64,000 nucleotides of DNA from Candidatus Brocadiia bacterium (lineage in GTDB: Bacteria > Planctomycetota > Brocadiia > CAIUPP01). The position numbers were made by a program, and so were the translations under genes. The notes beneath the pieces were generated by a model. The model was not told where the DNA came from and did not search any database. It was given only the letters and a program-made list of their open reading frames with translations. Location of the stretch: contig JBEKCB010000016.1 of the NCBI GenBank assembly GCA_050015075.1, positions 1 through 64,000 of the forward strand, written 5' to 3'. Shown piece by piece: positions 28,498 to 37,500 of the stretch (position 1 is the first letter of the stretch; every line of letters starts with the position of its first letter).

Positions 28498-29406
28498 ATG
28501 AAGTTTATCGTTCGGGGTATGGCGGGGATCGTTGTGCTTGGGCTATGCATGCTCCGCGGGCCGGCGCCGGCCGGCGTCGTCGCGCACGGCCAATTCTATC
28601 TGAGAGCGATTCCCTCGAGCGCAGTGCATCACGTCCAGGCGCCTCACTTGCACCTCCGCGACGGCACCAGCCTCAACTGGAGCGGGTACGCCGTCGAGAC
28701 GAACCTGTCGAAGCCCGCATCGAACGCCGTGAGCTACGTCGTCGGAAGCTGGATCGTGCCGGGCGTTAAAGCAAGCGCCCCCACCAAGGACACGTATTCC
28801 TCCGCCTGGGTCGGGATTGACGGGTACTCGGACAACACCGTCGAGCAAATCGGCACGGAGCAGGACTGGACGGGGCGCGCGGCAAGTTACTACGCGTGGT
28901 TCGAGCTGTATCCGAACTACGCCTACGAGATCGTGGGCTTCCCCGTAGATCAAGGGGACACGATCACCGCCCAGGTTGAATATCTCGGCAGCGAGACTGT
29001 CGTGGTCGGGGATCCCTGGGGCTGGCGCGGCCACGGCCGGGAGCACTGGCGCAAGGATTCCTGGGGCCGGGAGACCACCGAGGTCGTCCAGACTTTCCAA
29101 CTGACGCTCACCAACGTCACCAAGGACGTCACTTTCTCGATTGATGAGCAAATTCAGGGCGCGGAACTGCAGTCGGCGGAATGGGTCATGGAGGCTCCGT
29201 CGGAGAACAGCGTGCTGCCGCTGAGCGATTTTGGAGCCATCTCTTTCTCCGGTTGCGAGGCCACGCTCCAGGGCGTCACCGGACCGATCAGCGCGTGGCC
29301 GGACGACGAGCTGACCATGGAGACCAGCAAGGCCGTCACCAAGGCCGCGCCTTCGAAGTTAGGATCAACCGGCGAGACCTTCTCGGTCACCTGGGAGCAC
29401 CAATAA
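28498..29406 (+). CDS. Secreted G1-family glutamic endopeptidase (eqolisin-like)
   Basis: Signal peptide; SLNWSGY, AWVGIDG, EQIGT (catalytic Gln), AWFE.YP and SAEWVME (catalytic Glu); AGGAGG RBS. Confidence 0.9.
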   Translation: MKFIVRGMAGIVVLGLCMLRGPAPAGVVAHGQFYLRAIPSSAVHHVQAPHLHLRDGTSLNWSGYAVETNLSKPASNAVSYVVGSWIVPGVKASAPTKDTYSSAWVGIDGYSDNTVEQIGTEQDWTGRAASYYAWFELYPNYAYEIVGFPVDQGDTITAQVEYLGSETVVVGDPWGWRGHGREHWRKDSWGRETTEVVQTFQLTLTNVTKDVTFSIDEQIQGAELQSAEWVMEAPSENSVLPLSDFGAISFSGCEATLQGVTGPISAWPDDELTMETSKAVTKAAPSKLGSTGETFSVTWEHQ

Positions 29407-29616
29407 TCCGCAGGCCCGCCGGCCTCGTCGCCGAAACGAAAGACGCCGGCCGGCCTTAGTCGAATCGCAAGCAGGCAACGACCGTCCATCGGGGCGGTCG
29501 TTGCCTCTTTCGTTTCCGGCCGCTCGTAGTGGCGCCGTCAGGCGCTGCTTCATATGCCTTGACGGGCACGCTGTGAACGGCCACGCTTTTTCAACGGACT
29601 TGTGGCGCACGGATGC

Positions 29617-29645
29617 TTGACGCGTCGCGCGAATGCGAGTAATAT
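29617..29645 (+). promoter_or_regulatory. Candidate sigma70 promoter of the rhaA fusion
   Basis: TTGACG-N17-TAATAT. Confidence 0.55.
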
Positions 29646-29721
29646 TTTGCTTCCGCACTGTGCGGCCGAGCCGCCTGGCCGGCGTGATCCTCTGAAATCA
29701 GCAAGTAAGGGAATTGCGGTC

Positions 29722-32133
29722 ATGGGAACCTCAAGCGAAACTGCGTATGCCCTGGCGCGCGAGCGGTACGGCGCGCTCGGGGTCGACACCGACGAAGCCA
29801 TCCGCGTGCTGCTCGCCACGCCGATTTCTTTGCACTGCTGGCAAGGTGACGACGTCGCCGGCTTCGAGGGCGACTCCGTGCTTTCGGGCGGCATCCTGGC
29901 CACCGGCAACTACATGGGGCGAGCTTCCGGCGGCGACGAGCTTCGGGCCGACCTCGAGGAGGCGCTGAGGCTGCTCCCCGGCAAGAATCGCGTCAATCTC
30001 CACGCCATGTATGCCGAGACCGGCGGCGTGCGGGTCGAGCGCGATCAACTTGAACCCGCGCACTTCAGCCGCTGGATTGACTGGGCGCGCGCACATACGT
30101 CGGGTCTCGACATGAACCCCACTTTCTTCTCGCATCCCAAGGCCGCCAGCGGGTTCACCCTCGCGAGCCGCGACGAGGCGGTCCGCACGTTCTGGATCAA
30201 TCACGCGATCGCGTGCCGCAAGATCGCGGCGGCTATGGGCCGGGCGCTCGGGAGCCCGTCCGTCAATAACATCTGGATCCCCGACGGCTACAAAGACATG
30301 CCGGCTGACCGCGCCATCCATCGGCGATTGCTCAAAGACTCACTCGACCGGATCCTGGCCGAGCCGATTTCGCGCAGTGAGTGCCTCGACGCCGTGGAGG
30401 GCAAGCTCTTCGGCCTCGCCAGCGAAAGCTACGTCGCCGGTTCGCAGGAGTTCTACCTGGGTTATGCCCTCTCAAAGAACCTGCTCATGTGCCTGGACAT
30501 GGGGCATTTCCACCCGACGGAAGACGTGGGCGACAAGATTTCGTCGCTGATGCTCTACCTCGAAGGCCTCCTGCTGCACGTCAGCCGCGGCGTGCGCTGG
30601 GACAGCGACCACGTCGTCGTCACCGACGACCCGCTGAACCGGCTCATGTCCGAGATCGTGCGCGGCGGCTTCCTGCCGCGGGTCAAGATCGCGACCGACT
30701 TCTTCGACGCCTCCATCAACCGCATCGGCGCGTGGGCGATCGGCGCGCGGGCGACGCAGAAGGCGCTCCTTCGCGCGCTCTGCGAACCGGCCGCCCTCCT
30801 GCGCAAGCACGAGGCGGACGGCGATTTCACGGGACGGCTGATGCTGCTCGAAGAGGCCGCGATGCTGCCGCTGGGCGCCGTGTGGGAACACGTATGCCTC
30901 ATGAGCAATGTGCCGACGGAACGGGGCCTTCTCGAGGAAGTGCGCCGGCACGAGCGAACCGTGCTTGCGCCCAGGGCGCGGGCGGCGCTCCCGGCGAGCC
31001 ATTCGCGCGCGCTCGAGGAACTCCTGCACGTGTCGCACGCGGTGGGCGCGAATACGCGGTTCGTCCAGGCCGGCGGCGGGAATACCTCCGTCAAAACGGC
31101 GGACGGGACTCTCATGTTCATCAAGGCCAGCGGCACACCGCTCGCCGGCATGGACGCGCGCCGCGGCTGGGCGCTCGTGGACACGGCCAAGGTAATGCAG
31201 ATCTTCGACCAGCGCCGCCTGCTCACCGCGCCGTCTTCCGAGCGCGAGGCCGAAGTCCTGCGGATGCTGAACGAGAGCGTAATCGCCCCCGCCGGCGCGC
31301 GGCCGTCGGTCGAAGCCCCGCTCCACGCGCTCCTCGGCAAGGTCGTCATCCACAGCCATCCGCCGGCGGTCAACGCATTGACCTGTCATCGCCGCTCAAA
31401 GGAACTGCTGGAGAGCCTGTGGCGCAAGGACGAAGAGCAGCCCCTGTGGGTCCCGTACGCCGACCCGGGCGTCATGCTCGCATTCCGCGTGCGCGAGCTG
31501 ATTGACGAATACCGCCGCCGCAATGGCGCGTTGCCCAGGGTCATTCTCTTGCAGAATCACGGCCTCATCTGCTCGGCGGAATCCGCCGTCGACGCCCTTC
31601 GACTGCACGCGTCGGTCATTGACAAAATTGAAAGCGCGTTCTCGAAGAAAGCCGCATCGGAGGCGGACCCGGTCGCGCAGATGGTCGGACGTATTGTCGG
31701 AGAGGCCGCCGGCGCGGCGATGCAAGCGCGCCGATTCGCATTCTCCGGGCAGACCATAGACCCGCGCGCGCATTCGGCCATCTTCTCCGGCGCGCTCACG
31801 CCCGATCACGTGGTGTTCTCCGGACCGAGGGTCTGCGTCGTGGAAGAGCCCGCGAGCGAGGAAAAACTCCGCGCGGCGGTCGAAAGCTTCCGCCGCGACA
31901 ACAAGACCGTGCCGCGGATCCTGTCGCTCGGCGCGAAAGGGATCTGGGTCGCGGGCGAGAACGAAAAGAAGATCGCCGCATCGCAGGAACTCTTCGCATC
32001 CGCCGTCGCCTCATCGCTCCTGGCCGCAGGAGACCTGCAGCCGCTCGGCCCGCGCGAGGTGGAGTTCATCCTGAATTGGGAAGTCGAACACTACCGGGCC
32101 AAGATGATAGAGAACTCGAATCGCAAGGGATGA
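29722..32133 (+). CDS. rhaA: L-rhamnose isomerase fused to a class II aldolase (RhaD-like) domain
   Basis: PISLHCWQGDDV, DAVE.KLFG, LDMGHFHPTE, LHVSRGVRWDSDHV and DFFDASINR, then in frame GGGNTSVK, PSVEAPLH, HSHP and LQNHGL. Confidence 0.9.
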   Translation: MGTSSETAYALARERYGALGVDTDEAIRVLLATPISLHCWQGDDVAGFEGDSVLSGGILATGNYMGRASGGDELRADLEEALRLLPGKNRVNLHAMYAETGGVRVERDQLEPAHFSRWIDWARAHTSGLDMNPTFFSHPKAASGFTLASRDEAVRTFWINHAIACRKIAAAMGRALGSPSVNNIWIPDGYKDMPADRAIHRRLLKDSLDRILAEPISRSECLDAVEGKLFGLASESYVAGSQEFYLGYALSKNLLMCLDMGHFHPTEDVGDKISSLMLYLEGLLLHVSRGVRWDSDHVVVTDDPLNRLMSEIVRGGFLPRVKIATDFFDASINRIGAWAIGARATQKALLRALCEPAALLRKHEADGDFTGRLMLLEEAAMLPLGAVWEHVCLMSNVPTERGLLEEVRRHERTVLAPRARAALPASHSRALEELLHVSHAVGANTRFVQAGGGNTSVKTADGTLMFIKASGTPLAGMDARRGWALVDTAKVMQIFDQRRLLTAPSSEREAEVLRMLNESVIAPAGARPSVEAPLHALLGKVVIHSHPPAVNALTCHRRSKELLESLWRKDEEQPLWVPYADPGVMLAFRVRELIDEYRRRNGALPRVILLQNHGLICSAESAVDALRLHASVIDKIESAFSKKAASEADPVAQMVGRIVGEAAGAAMQARRFAFSGQTIDPRAHSAIFSGALTPDHVVFSGPRVCVVEEPASEEKLRAAVESFRRDNKTVPRILSLGAKGIWVAGENEKKIAASQELFASAVASSLLAAGDLQPLGPREVEFILNWEVEHYRAKMIENSNRKG

Positions 32134-32344
32134 TGAACCCTGACGGGGCTGTCCCCTGCCGGCAATGCACGTCGGCCGCGCAGTGCGACGAATGGGATAG
32201 CTGGCTATTTTAGCTCCCTATAATCGGCGGGAATCCAGGATTTCGGCGCGCGGGTCCGGGTTCCAGCCGTTCGGCCCTGAGCTCACGGCCGAAGGCCTTT
32301 CGCGGGATTGGCAGCTAGCGCATAAAGCGTTTTCAGATCAACCT

Positions 32345-32580
32345 TTACTACACGCTGGGTTCGTTTTTTCAAATCGCCTTCCGCGCACAACCCTCCTTTC
32401 CGTCAACGACGGGTTCACGCAAAGCCGCAACGGACGGCAACTTCCGCCGGAACGACCGCAAGGCATATAACCCCTTTCGCTAATGGGCGTTACTACACGC
32501 TGGGTTCGTTTTTTCAAATCGTTTCGCGCGCGCAATCCTCGTACTACGTAACAACGGGTTTCACGCAAAGCCGCAAAAGC
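32345..32580. repeat. Two direct repeats of about 88 bp (identical 32-bp core, period 145)
   Basis: TTACTACACGCTGGGTTCGTTTTTTCAAATCG at 32345 and 32490; both copies end in ACGGGTT(T)CACGCAAAGCCGCAA. Confidence 0.85.
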
Positions 32581-32632
32581 CTGCCCCCGGATTTCGTAAA
32601 CGGGGGCGCCAAGAACGCCAACTGATATTGCA

Positions 32633-32780
32633 ACCACGGAATACACGGAAGATACTGAAGCTATTTAGGTAAATCATTCGGTGTGCTCCGTGTATTCCGT
32701 GGTGGAGGCCTTTGTCTCTTTGCGCCTTTGCGAGAGACACGTCGTTTCCGGTCCTTCGTCTTTGAGCCTTCGCGTGAGAC
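32633..32780. repeat. 9-bp-periodic inverted repeat cluster
   Basis: accacggaatacacggaa pairs with ctccgtgtattccgtggt; also ctttgcgcctttgcgagag and ctttgagccttcgcgtgag. Confidence 0.65.
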
Positions 32781-32851
32781 ACTTTTCTTTTTCAAAAAAA
32801 TCGCCATGTATTATAACATGGGATTTTCGTCGCCGAGCGGACGGGGAAAAG

Positions 32852-32935
32852 TCAGTGCGCTTCGAAGCGGGTTCAGTGCGGTTGGGAGCGGCTTGAGTGC
32901 GCTTCGGTGCGCTTCGCAGCGGTTTGAGTGCGCTT
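32852..32935. repeat. Degenerate tandem repeat of about 21 bp
   Basis: Recurrent T(C/G)AGTGCGCTT..AGCGG units. Confidence 0.6.
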
Positions 32936-33173
32936 TTTTCGGCCGGTTGAATTTGACAGCATGCTTGGTTGCCGACTTGTCCGCCGAAGCCTTGGAGGAG
33001 CTGGATTGTAGAATGACGAATAGAGCAGATGCTGCCAAGGTGCTTTCGCCGCGCACTTGTCAATGCCGGGAAAGCGGAAAAGAGCTCAGCAGATCACAAA
33101 TGTTTCGTAATCCAATCAAGAATTCTTAAAATGGGTGCCTGTCCCCGGTTTTTCTATGACGGGGGCCGCATCA

Positions 33174-33773
33174 CTAACCAATACGCTTACGCCACGACCC
33201 GTTGTTGATGTTCGTAGCGATAATCTTGATGGTTCGTTCTCGAACCTCAAAGGGAAGCCCTGAAAGTTCATATTTGACCCGGCACCCGGAAAGTTCATAT
33301 TTGAACCGGCAGGCTGGGCTTTCGCAGTCGAGGTACGTTGTATTCGGCACACCTATGGGAATCCTCGGCGCATGTTCATATAAGCCGTCAAGGATGCTCC
33401 CGCAGCCGGGACATATCGCCTGTAAGTTAACTATCTTTGGCTTTATCCAATGGTAGCTCCACCGAAATCGCATACCGCCAAATGAATCTTGTCGGTAACG
33501 CCTATACGGTTGCAGCACTAGCCGTACAACCCACAAGAGAATGAGCATGGCAAACAGGCCAGCCAACACAGCGGCAAGTAGGGTGAAAACCTGCCGCCAT
33601 GTAAGCCCGTAGTCTTTGGTCACAAAGGGGGTAATCCAGCGAGCGACAAACAAGAGGGTTATTCCCAGCCCGATTAGTAGCAGACGCGCTATCCACCCGT
33701 GTATGCCTTTTTCAAACGAGGCGAGAATTTTGTCCTTGTGATACGCAAGCCTCTTTTTGATTGCACCGGACAT
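33174..33773 (-). CDS. Hypothetical membrane protein with a C-terminal Cys cluster
   Basis: Two TM helices; CPGC...CESPAC; lower GC; in-frame 27-bp duplication. Confidence 0.6.
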   Translation of the reverse strand: MSGAIKKRLAYHKDKILASFEKGIHGWIARLLLIGLGITLLFVARWITPFVTKDYGLTWRQVFTLLAAVLAGLFAMLILLWVVRLVLQPYRRYRQDSFGGMRFRWSYHWIKPKIVNLQAICPGCGSILDGLYEHAPRIPIGVPNTTYLDCESPACRFKYELSGCRVKYELSGLPFEVRERTIKIIATNINNGSWRKRIG

Positions 33774-33918
33774 AGCTACTTCTCTCAGATTATGCTTGCG
33801 CCACCATCAGACCAACTTCGTGACCTTTAGGTTGCGGAAGCATGCACGCTCGCCGATGCCCGGTCCGCTTGGCCCGCTGTCGCGGGCCGGCCCGATGTTG
33901 CCTGAATAAAGTACGGAC

Positions 33919-34551
33919 CTACCGGTTAGGGCGCGCGACGCCATCTGTACCGATAGTATACGACCTTCCATCATTGCCTATAAAATATCGCTCTGATTGC
34001 CAGGACGATATAACGCCCTCACGGACGTAAATATTGTACTCTGTGCCGAAAACCTGAGCCCCTGTGTTCGGATTGGGCTTGGCCTTATCTGTGATAATAG
34101 CAATGTAGATAGTGCCATCTGAGCTATCCTGCATCTGTTTGAGCTTGACACCCAGGGCACTTTCCGCATCGGCAACCGTCATGCCCTTAATCAGGCGGTG
34201 CTCCGCAATGGCCTTTTTTATATCGTCAACCGGGCTGGCAGGCGCTTGCGAACGCGCCAGCGCCGCTGCGTTGGAAGCTTTCAAGTCGGCAATCTGCTTA
34301 TTGAGCGCCGTGATTGTCTTGAGCTGGCCGCGTACCGTGATTTTCAGCATCTCATTCTCTGTCCGCAAGGTCTCATTCTCTGTCCGCAACGCTGCCAGTT
34401 CTGCCGACGCATCGTGCGCTCTGGTCGTGGACGCGGCAGAACCTTGAACCGGCCCTGGGGCGGCAGATGGGGCCGGCTCCGGCGCATCAGCGGCAATGGC
34501 CGAGCCCGACGCCAAGAAAAGGAACAGGACAACACTCATAAGCCCCTTCAT
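33919..34551 (-). CDS. Hypothetical secreted coiled-coil protein
   Basis: GGGAGG RBS; signal peptide (AIA); coiled coil; IKGMT...ES.LG motif. Confidence 0.7.
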   Translation of the reverse strand: MKGLMSVVLFLFLASGSAIAADAPEPAPSAAPGPVQGSAASTTRAHDASAELAALRTENETLRTENEMLKITVRGQLKTITALNKQIADLKASNAAALARSQAPASPVDDIKKAIAEHRLIKGMTVADAESALGVKLKQMQDSSDGTIYIAIITDKAKPNPNTGAQVFGTEYNIYVREGVISSWQSERYFIGNDGRSYTIGTDGVARPNR

Positions 34552-34671
34552 GTTGCGCCTCCCTTTCGCAACCTCGCATGAAGAAGAGGGGGCGGCAGCC
34601 CGTGCGAGTTGCGGCCCCGGTTGCAATCCGGTCGCCGCCCCGTGCGCTATTTATAGGTGCAAGGAATGAAC

Positions 34672-35400
34672 TCAGTCCAACCGAACACCACTTGTTCGCA
34701 TTCCGCCGGTTGCGAGCCAGTAGGACAAAATGATTAGGCCGGCCAGAGCGCAAAGACCCGCGCCTACCCGAAGCGCCAATGTGATGTGCGCGCCGGTTTT
34801 TTCGATTTGTGCCTCAAGCGGCCCATATTTTTTCGCAATGGCGTCCAATTGGGATTCATAGGCAGACCACCGGGCGTTCGTCGCGGCAGTATAGGCATCA
34901 GAGAGGACCTGCAATCGGGAAGAATCAATCGGCGTCGCATTGTAATCAGCCCGCGCCTTCTGTTGGGCGACTTCCGTAGCTTCAAGGATTTTGTCCGTCG
35001 CGGCTTTCCATTGTTGCTGGACCCTGGCTACCGCCCCGGCAGTGTGGGACACCTCGTCGACGGAGAGGAAGAAGGCGATTATTCCCAGGACGATGAGACC
35101 CCAGCCCCAAACGAAGGAAGCCAGCGACCGTCGCGGCGGCGAATCCCGTCGTCCCTGCGGCGGTCGAACCGACCGGTTCGGCCGCCAAGCCGCCTCGAAA
35201 TCGGCGTAATGGCCGCCGATTATCTTCCCGTCCTTGGGTTGGTTCGATTCCGCAACGGCCTCTGGTTCAGACGCGGCCGGCCGTTCCTGCGGCGGCACGC
35301 GGTTCAACGTTCCACATTTCGGGCACTTCCCTGTCTTGCCCGCCAGACTCGGCGGCGCTTTCACTCTCGCCCCGCAGGACTCGCAATTGAACCCGATCAT
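34672..35400 (-). CDS. Zinc-ribbon-containing membrane protein
   Basis: MIGFNCESCG...AGKTGKCPKCG N-terminus; two TM helices flanking a helical domain. Confidence 0.75.
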   Translation of the reverse strand: MIGFNCESCGARVKAPPSLAGKTGKCPKCGTLNRVPPQERPAASEPEAVAESNQPKDGKIIGGHYADFEAAWRPNRSVRPPQGRRDSPPRRSLASFVWGWGLIVLGIIAFFLSVDEVSHTAGAVARVQQQWKAATDKILEATEVAQQKARADYNATPIDSSRLQVLSDAYTAATNARWSAYESQLDAIAKKYGPLEAQIEKTGAHITLALRVGAGLCALAGLIILSYWLATGGMRTSGVRLD

Positions 35401-35628
35401 GCCGCCACCCGCCTTTCTCCCCTTGCCCGAATTGCGCCCGCCATTCTATGCCCCGCCTCTGCCCGCTGCAACCGGCGAATCAGATTATTTTCCAGCATAA
35501 ATAAAACGTTTTTGTTTGGTGGCGGCCCAGACAGTCAAGAGATTTTCCCCTCCTGAAAGAACCTAAGAAAATTCTCCAACCCCGGCCGGCCAGTGTCGCC
35601 AGCCCGCCCCCGACAGAGGGTGAGCACG

Positions 35629-35922
35629 TCAGGTTCCCTTCGTCGCCCTCACCATCGCCAGAATGCCCGCGCGGAGCGGTTCCGGGAGCTTGGGCCAGGC
35701 CCTCACCACGTCCGCCAGGTCAGGCGATTTCTCGGAAAGAAACGCCAAGCAGGACGCCAAGACGTTTTCCTTGCTTGCGGAATCGCCTTTGTTTACAATG
35801 CCTTCCGTAGAGTGGGCGGCGGACTCATAATCCGTCTGTCCGCCGTTAGAGTCGGGGCCGTGCCCAACTGATGACGGGGCGGACGTGCCAAGCCCTTTCG
35901 CTCCGTGTGCGTTGTTCTTCAA
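35629..35922 (-). CDS. Small hypothetical ORF (PDLA.VV.AWP.LP...RAGILAMV) overlapping the tRNA remnant
   Basis: Protein-like C-terminal helix motif; start uncertain because the N-terminal part reads antisense through the tRNA fragment. Confidence 0.45.
   Translation of the reverse strand: MKNNAHGAKGLGTSAPSSVGHGPDSNGGQTDYESAAHSTEGIVNKGDSASKENVLASCLAFLSEKSPDLADVVRAWPKLPEPLRAGILAMVRATKGT
35816..35866 (+). pseudogene. Degenerate 3' fragment of a tRNA with CAT anticodon (Met/Ile2); possible att-site scar
   Basis: Anticodon arm GCGGA-CTCATAA-TCCGT; T-arm CGCCG-TTAGAGT-CGGGG; 3' end GTGCCCA; no 5' acceptor strand or D arm. Confidence 0.7.
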
Positions 35923-36017
35923 CCCGTCCTAAGGTACAATGTTTACAGAGGGCAAGAAGCCCTCGCGAGCCGCCTTCTTCACACAACTTCATACAAATCC
36001 CAACGGAAAAACATCCC

Positions 36018-37448
36018 ATGCGCCTGTTGCTCATCAATCCGTCCAATCCGCTGGTGAGTATCGTCCACCTGCGGGAGAGCCGCTGGAACCGGTATCGCGT
36101 TTGGAAGCCGCTGAGCCTGATGACCCTCGCCGGGCTGACTCCGCCGGACTGGGAGGTCACTATCCTCGACGAGAACCTCGGCGCGCCGGACTACGATGCG
36201 CTGCCGCGCCCGGACCTGGTGGGCATTACGGCGTTCACCTCGCAGGCCTGCCGCGCGTACGAGCTGGCCGCGCATTTCCGGCGCCTGGGCGTGCCGGTCG
36301 TCATGGGCGGCATTCACGCCACGATGTGTCTCGATGAAGCCCTCGAGCGCGTGGACTCGGTCGTTACGGGCGAAGCGGAAAAAGTCTGGGGGCAGGTCCT
36401 GGAGGATGTCCGGCGCGGCGCGCTCCAGCGCCGGTATGAGGGCGGACTGGCCGACATCGCCGGGATCGCGCCCGCGCGGCACGACCTCCTGGAGGCCGGA
36501 TACGCCCTCGGCGCGATCCAGACCACCCGCGGCTGCCCGCTCAACTGCAACTTCTGCAGCGTCTCGGCGTTCAACGGCACCCATTACCGCCAGCGCCCCA
36601 TCGCCGACGTGATCCGCGAGTTCCAGACGATCCGCGAGAAACGCGTCCTGGTGGTGGATGACAATCTCATCGGCATCAGCGCCGATCACATTGCGCGGGC
36701 CAAGGACCTGTTCCGCGCCATGATCCGGGCGGACCTGCGCAAGGAATGGATTGCGCAGGCGACGATCAATTTTGCCGACGACGAGGAAATGCTGGCCCTC
36801 GCGGCGAAAGCGGGCTGCAGAGGCGTGTTCATCGGCTTCGAGACCTTGTCGCCGGAAGGGCTGCGGGAACTCGGGAAGAAGTTCAACCTGTTGCGCGGCC
36901 GAGATTTTGCCGCGTCGGTGCGGCGCATTCAGCGGCACAAGATACAGATCGTGGGGTCCTTCATCATCGGTCTGGACGTCGATCAACCGGGCATCGGCAA
37001 CCGTATCGCCGAGGTGGCCGCCCAGTACGGCGTGGACAACGTCAATGTCCTGTTCCTGACGCCCCTGCCCGGCACTCGCCTGTGGGACAAGATGAAGGCC
37101 GAAGACCGCATTACCCTCGGCGACTTTCCGCACGACTGGCAATACTACACGTTGACCTTCCCGATGGCCCGTTACACCCATTTGTCGCTGGACCAGAGCA
37201 TTGACGAGATGCTCCGCTGCGGCGAGAAATTCTATTCCGTCAGCCACATCCTGGCCCGGATATGGGGCAACCTGGTGCGATGGCGCAAGCCGTTCGTCAC
37301 CACGGTGGCCAACTTCTCCTACCGGAGCAACCTGCGGCTGGATCGCAAGACCTACGCCGCCTTCCGCCGCGAGCACGGCCACAGGTACCACGAGACGACT
37401 TCACCACGACGACACAACGGGCACGACGGTCACGACGAACGGAGTTGA
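36018..37448 (+). CDS. B12-binding-domain radical SAM protein
   Basis: LVGIT, GGIHAT, GEAE, TRGCPLNCNFCSV, DDN and IGFET motifs; ATG at 36018. Confidence 0.93.
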   Translation: MRLLLINPSNPLVSIVHLRESRWNRYRVWKPLSLMTLAGLTPPDWEVTILDENLGAPDYDALPRPDLVGITAFTSQACRAYELAAHFRRLGVPVVMGGIHATMCLDEALERVDSVVTGEAEKVWGQVLEDVRRGALQRRYEGGLADIAGIAPARHDLLEAGYALGAIQTTRGCPLNCNFCSVSAFNGTHYRQRPIADVIREFQTIREKRVLVVDDNLIGISADHIARAKDLFRAMIRADLRKEWIAQATINFADDEEMLALAAKAGCRGVFIGFETLSPEGLRELGKKFNLLRGRDFAASVRRIQRHKIQIVGSFIIGLDVDQPGIGNRIAEVAAQYGVDNVNVLFLTPLPGTRLWDKMKAEDRITLGDFPHDWQYYTLTFPMARYTHLSLDQSIDEMLRCGEKFYSVSHILARIWGNLVRWRKPFVTTVANFSYRSNLRLDRKTYAAFRREHGHRYHETTSPRRHNGHDGHDERS

Positions 37449-37500
37449 AATGTACTAAAACTCCTCGTCTTTCTTCGTGTCCTTCGTGCCTTTCGTGGTA
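37403..37500. repeat. 9-bp-periodic inverted repeat overlapping both convergent gene ends
   Basis: accacgacg acacaacgg gcacgacgg tcacgacg faces cttcgtgtc cttcgtgcc tttcgtggt. Confidence 0.7.

Noticed and set aside
32345-32521. CRISPR array from two identical 32-bp repeats
   Set aside because: Only two copies; the gap is 113 bp and is itself partly repeated; no cas genes.
35790-35870. Functional tRNA-Met/Ile2
   Set aside because: The 5' acceptor strand and D arm are missing; the T-loop reads TTAGAGT with a stem mismatch.
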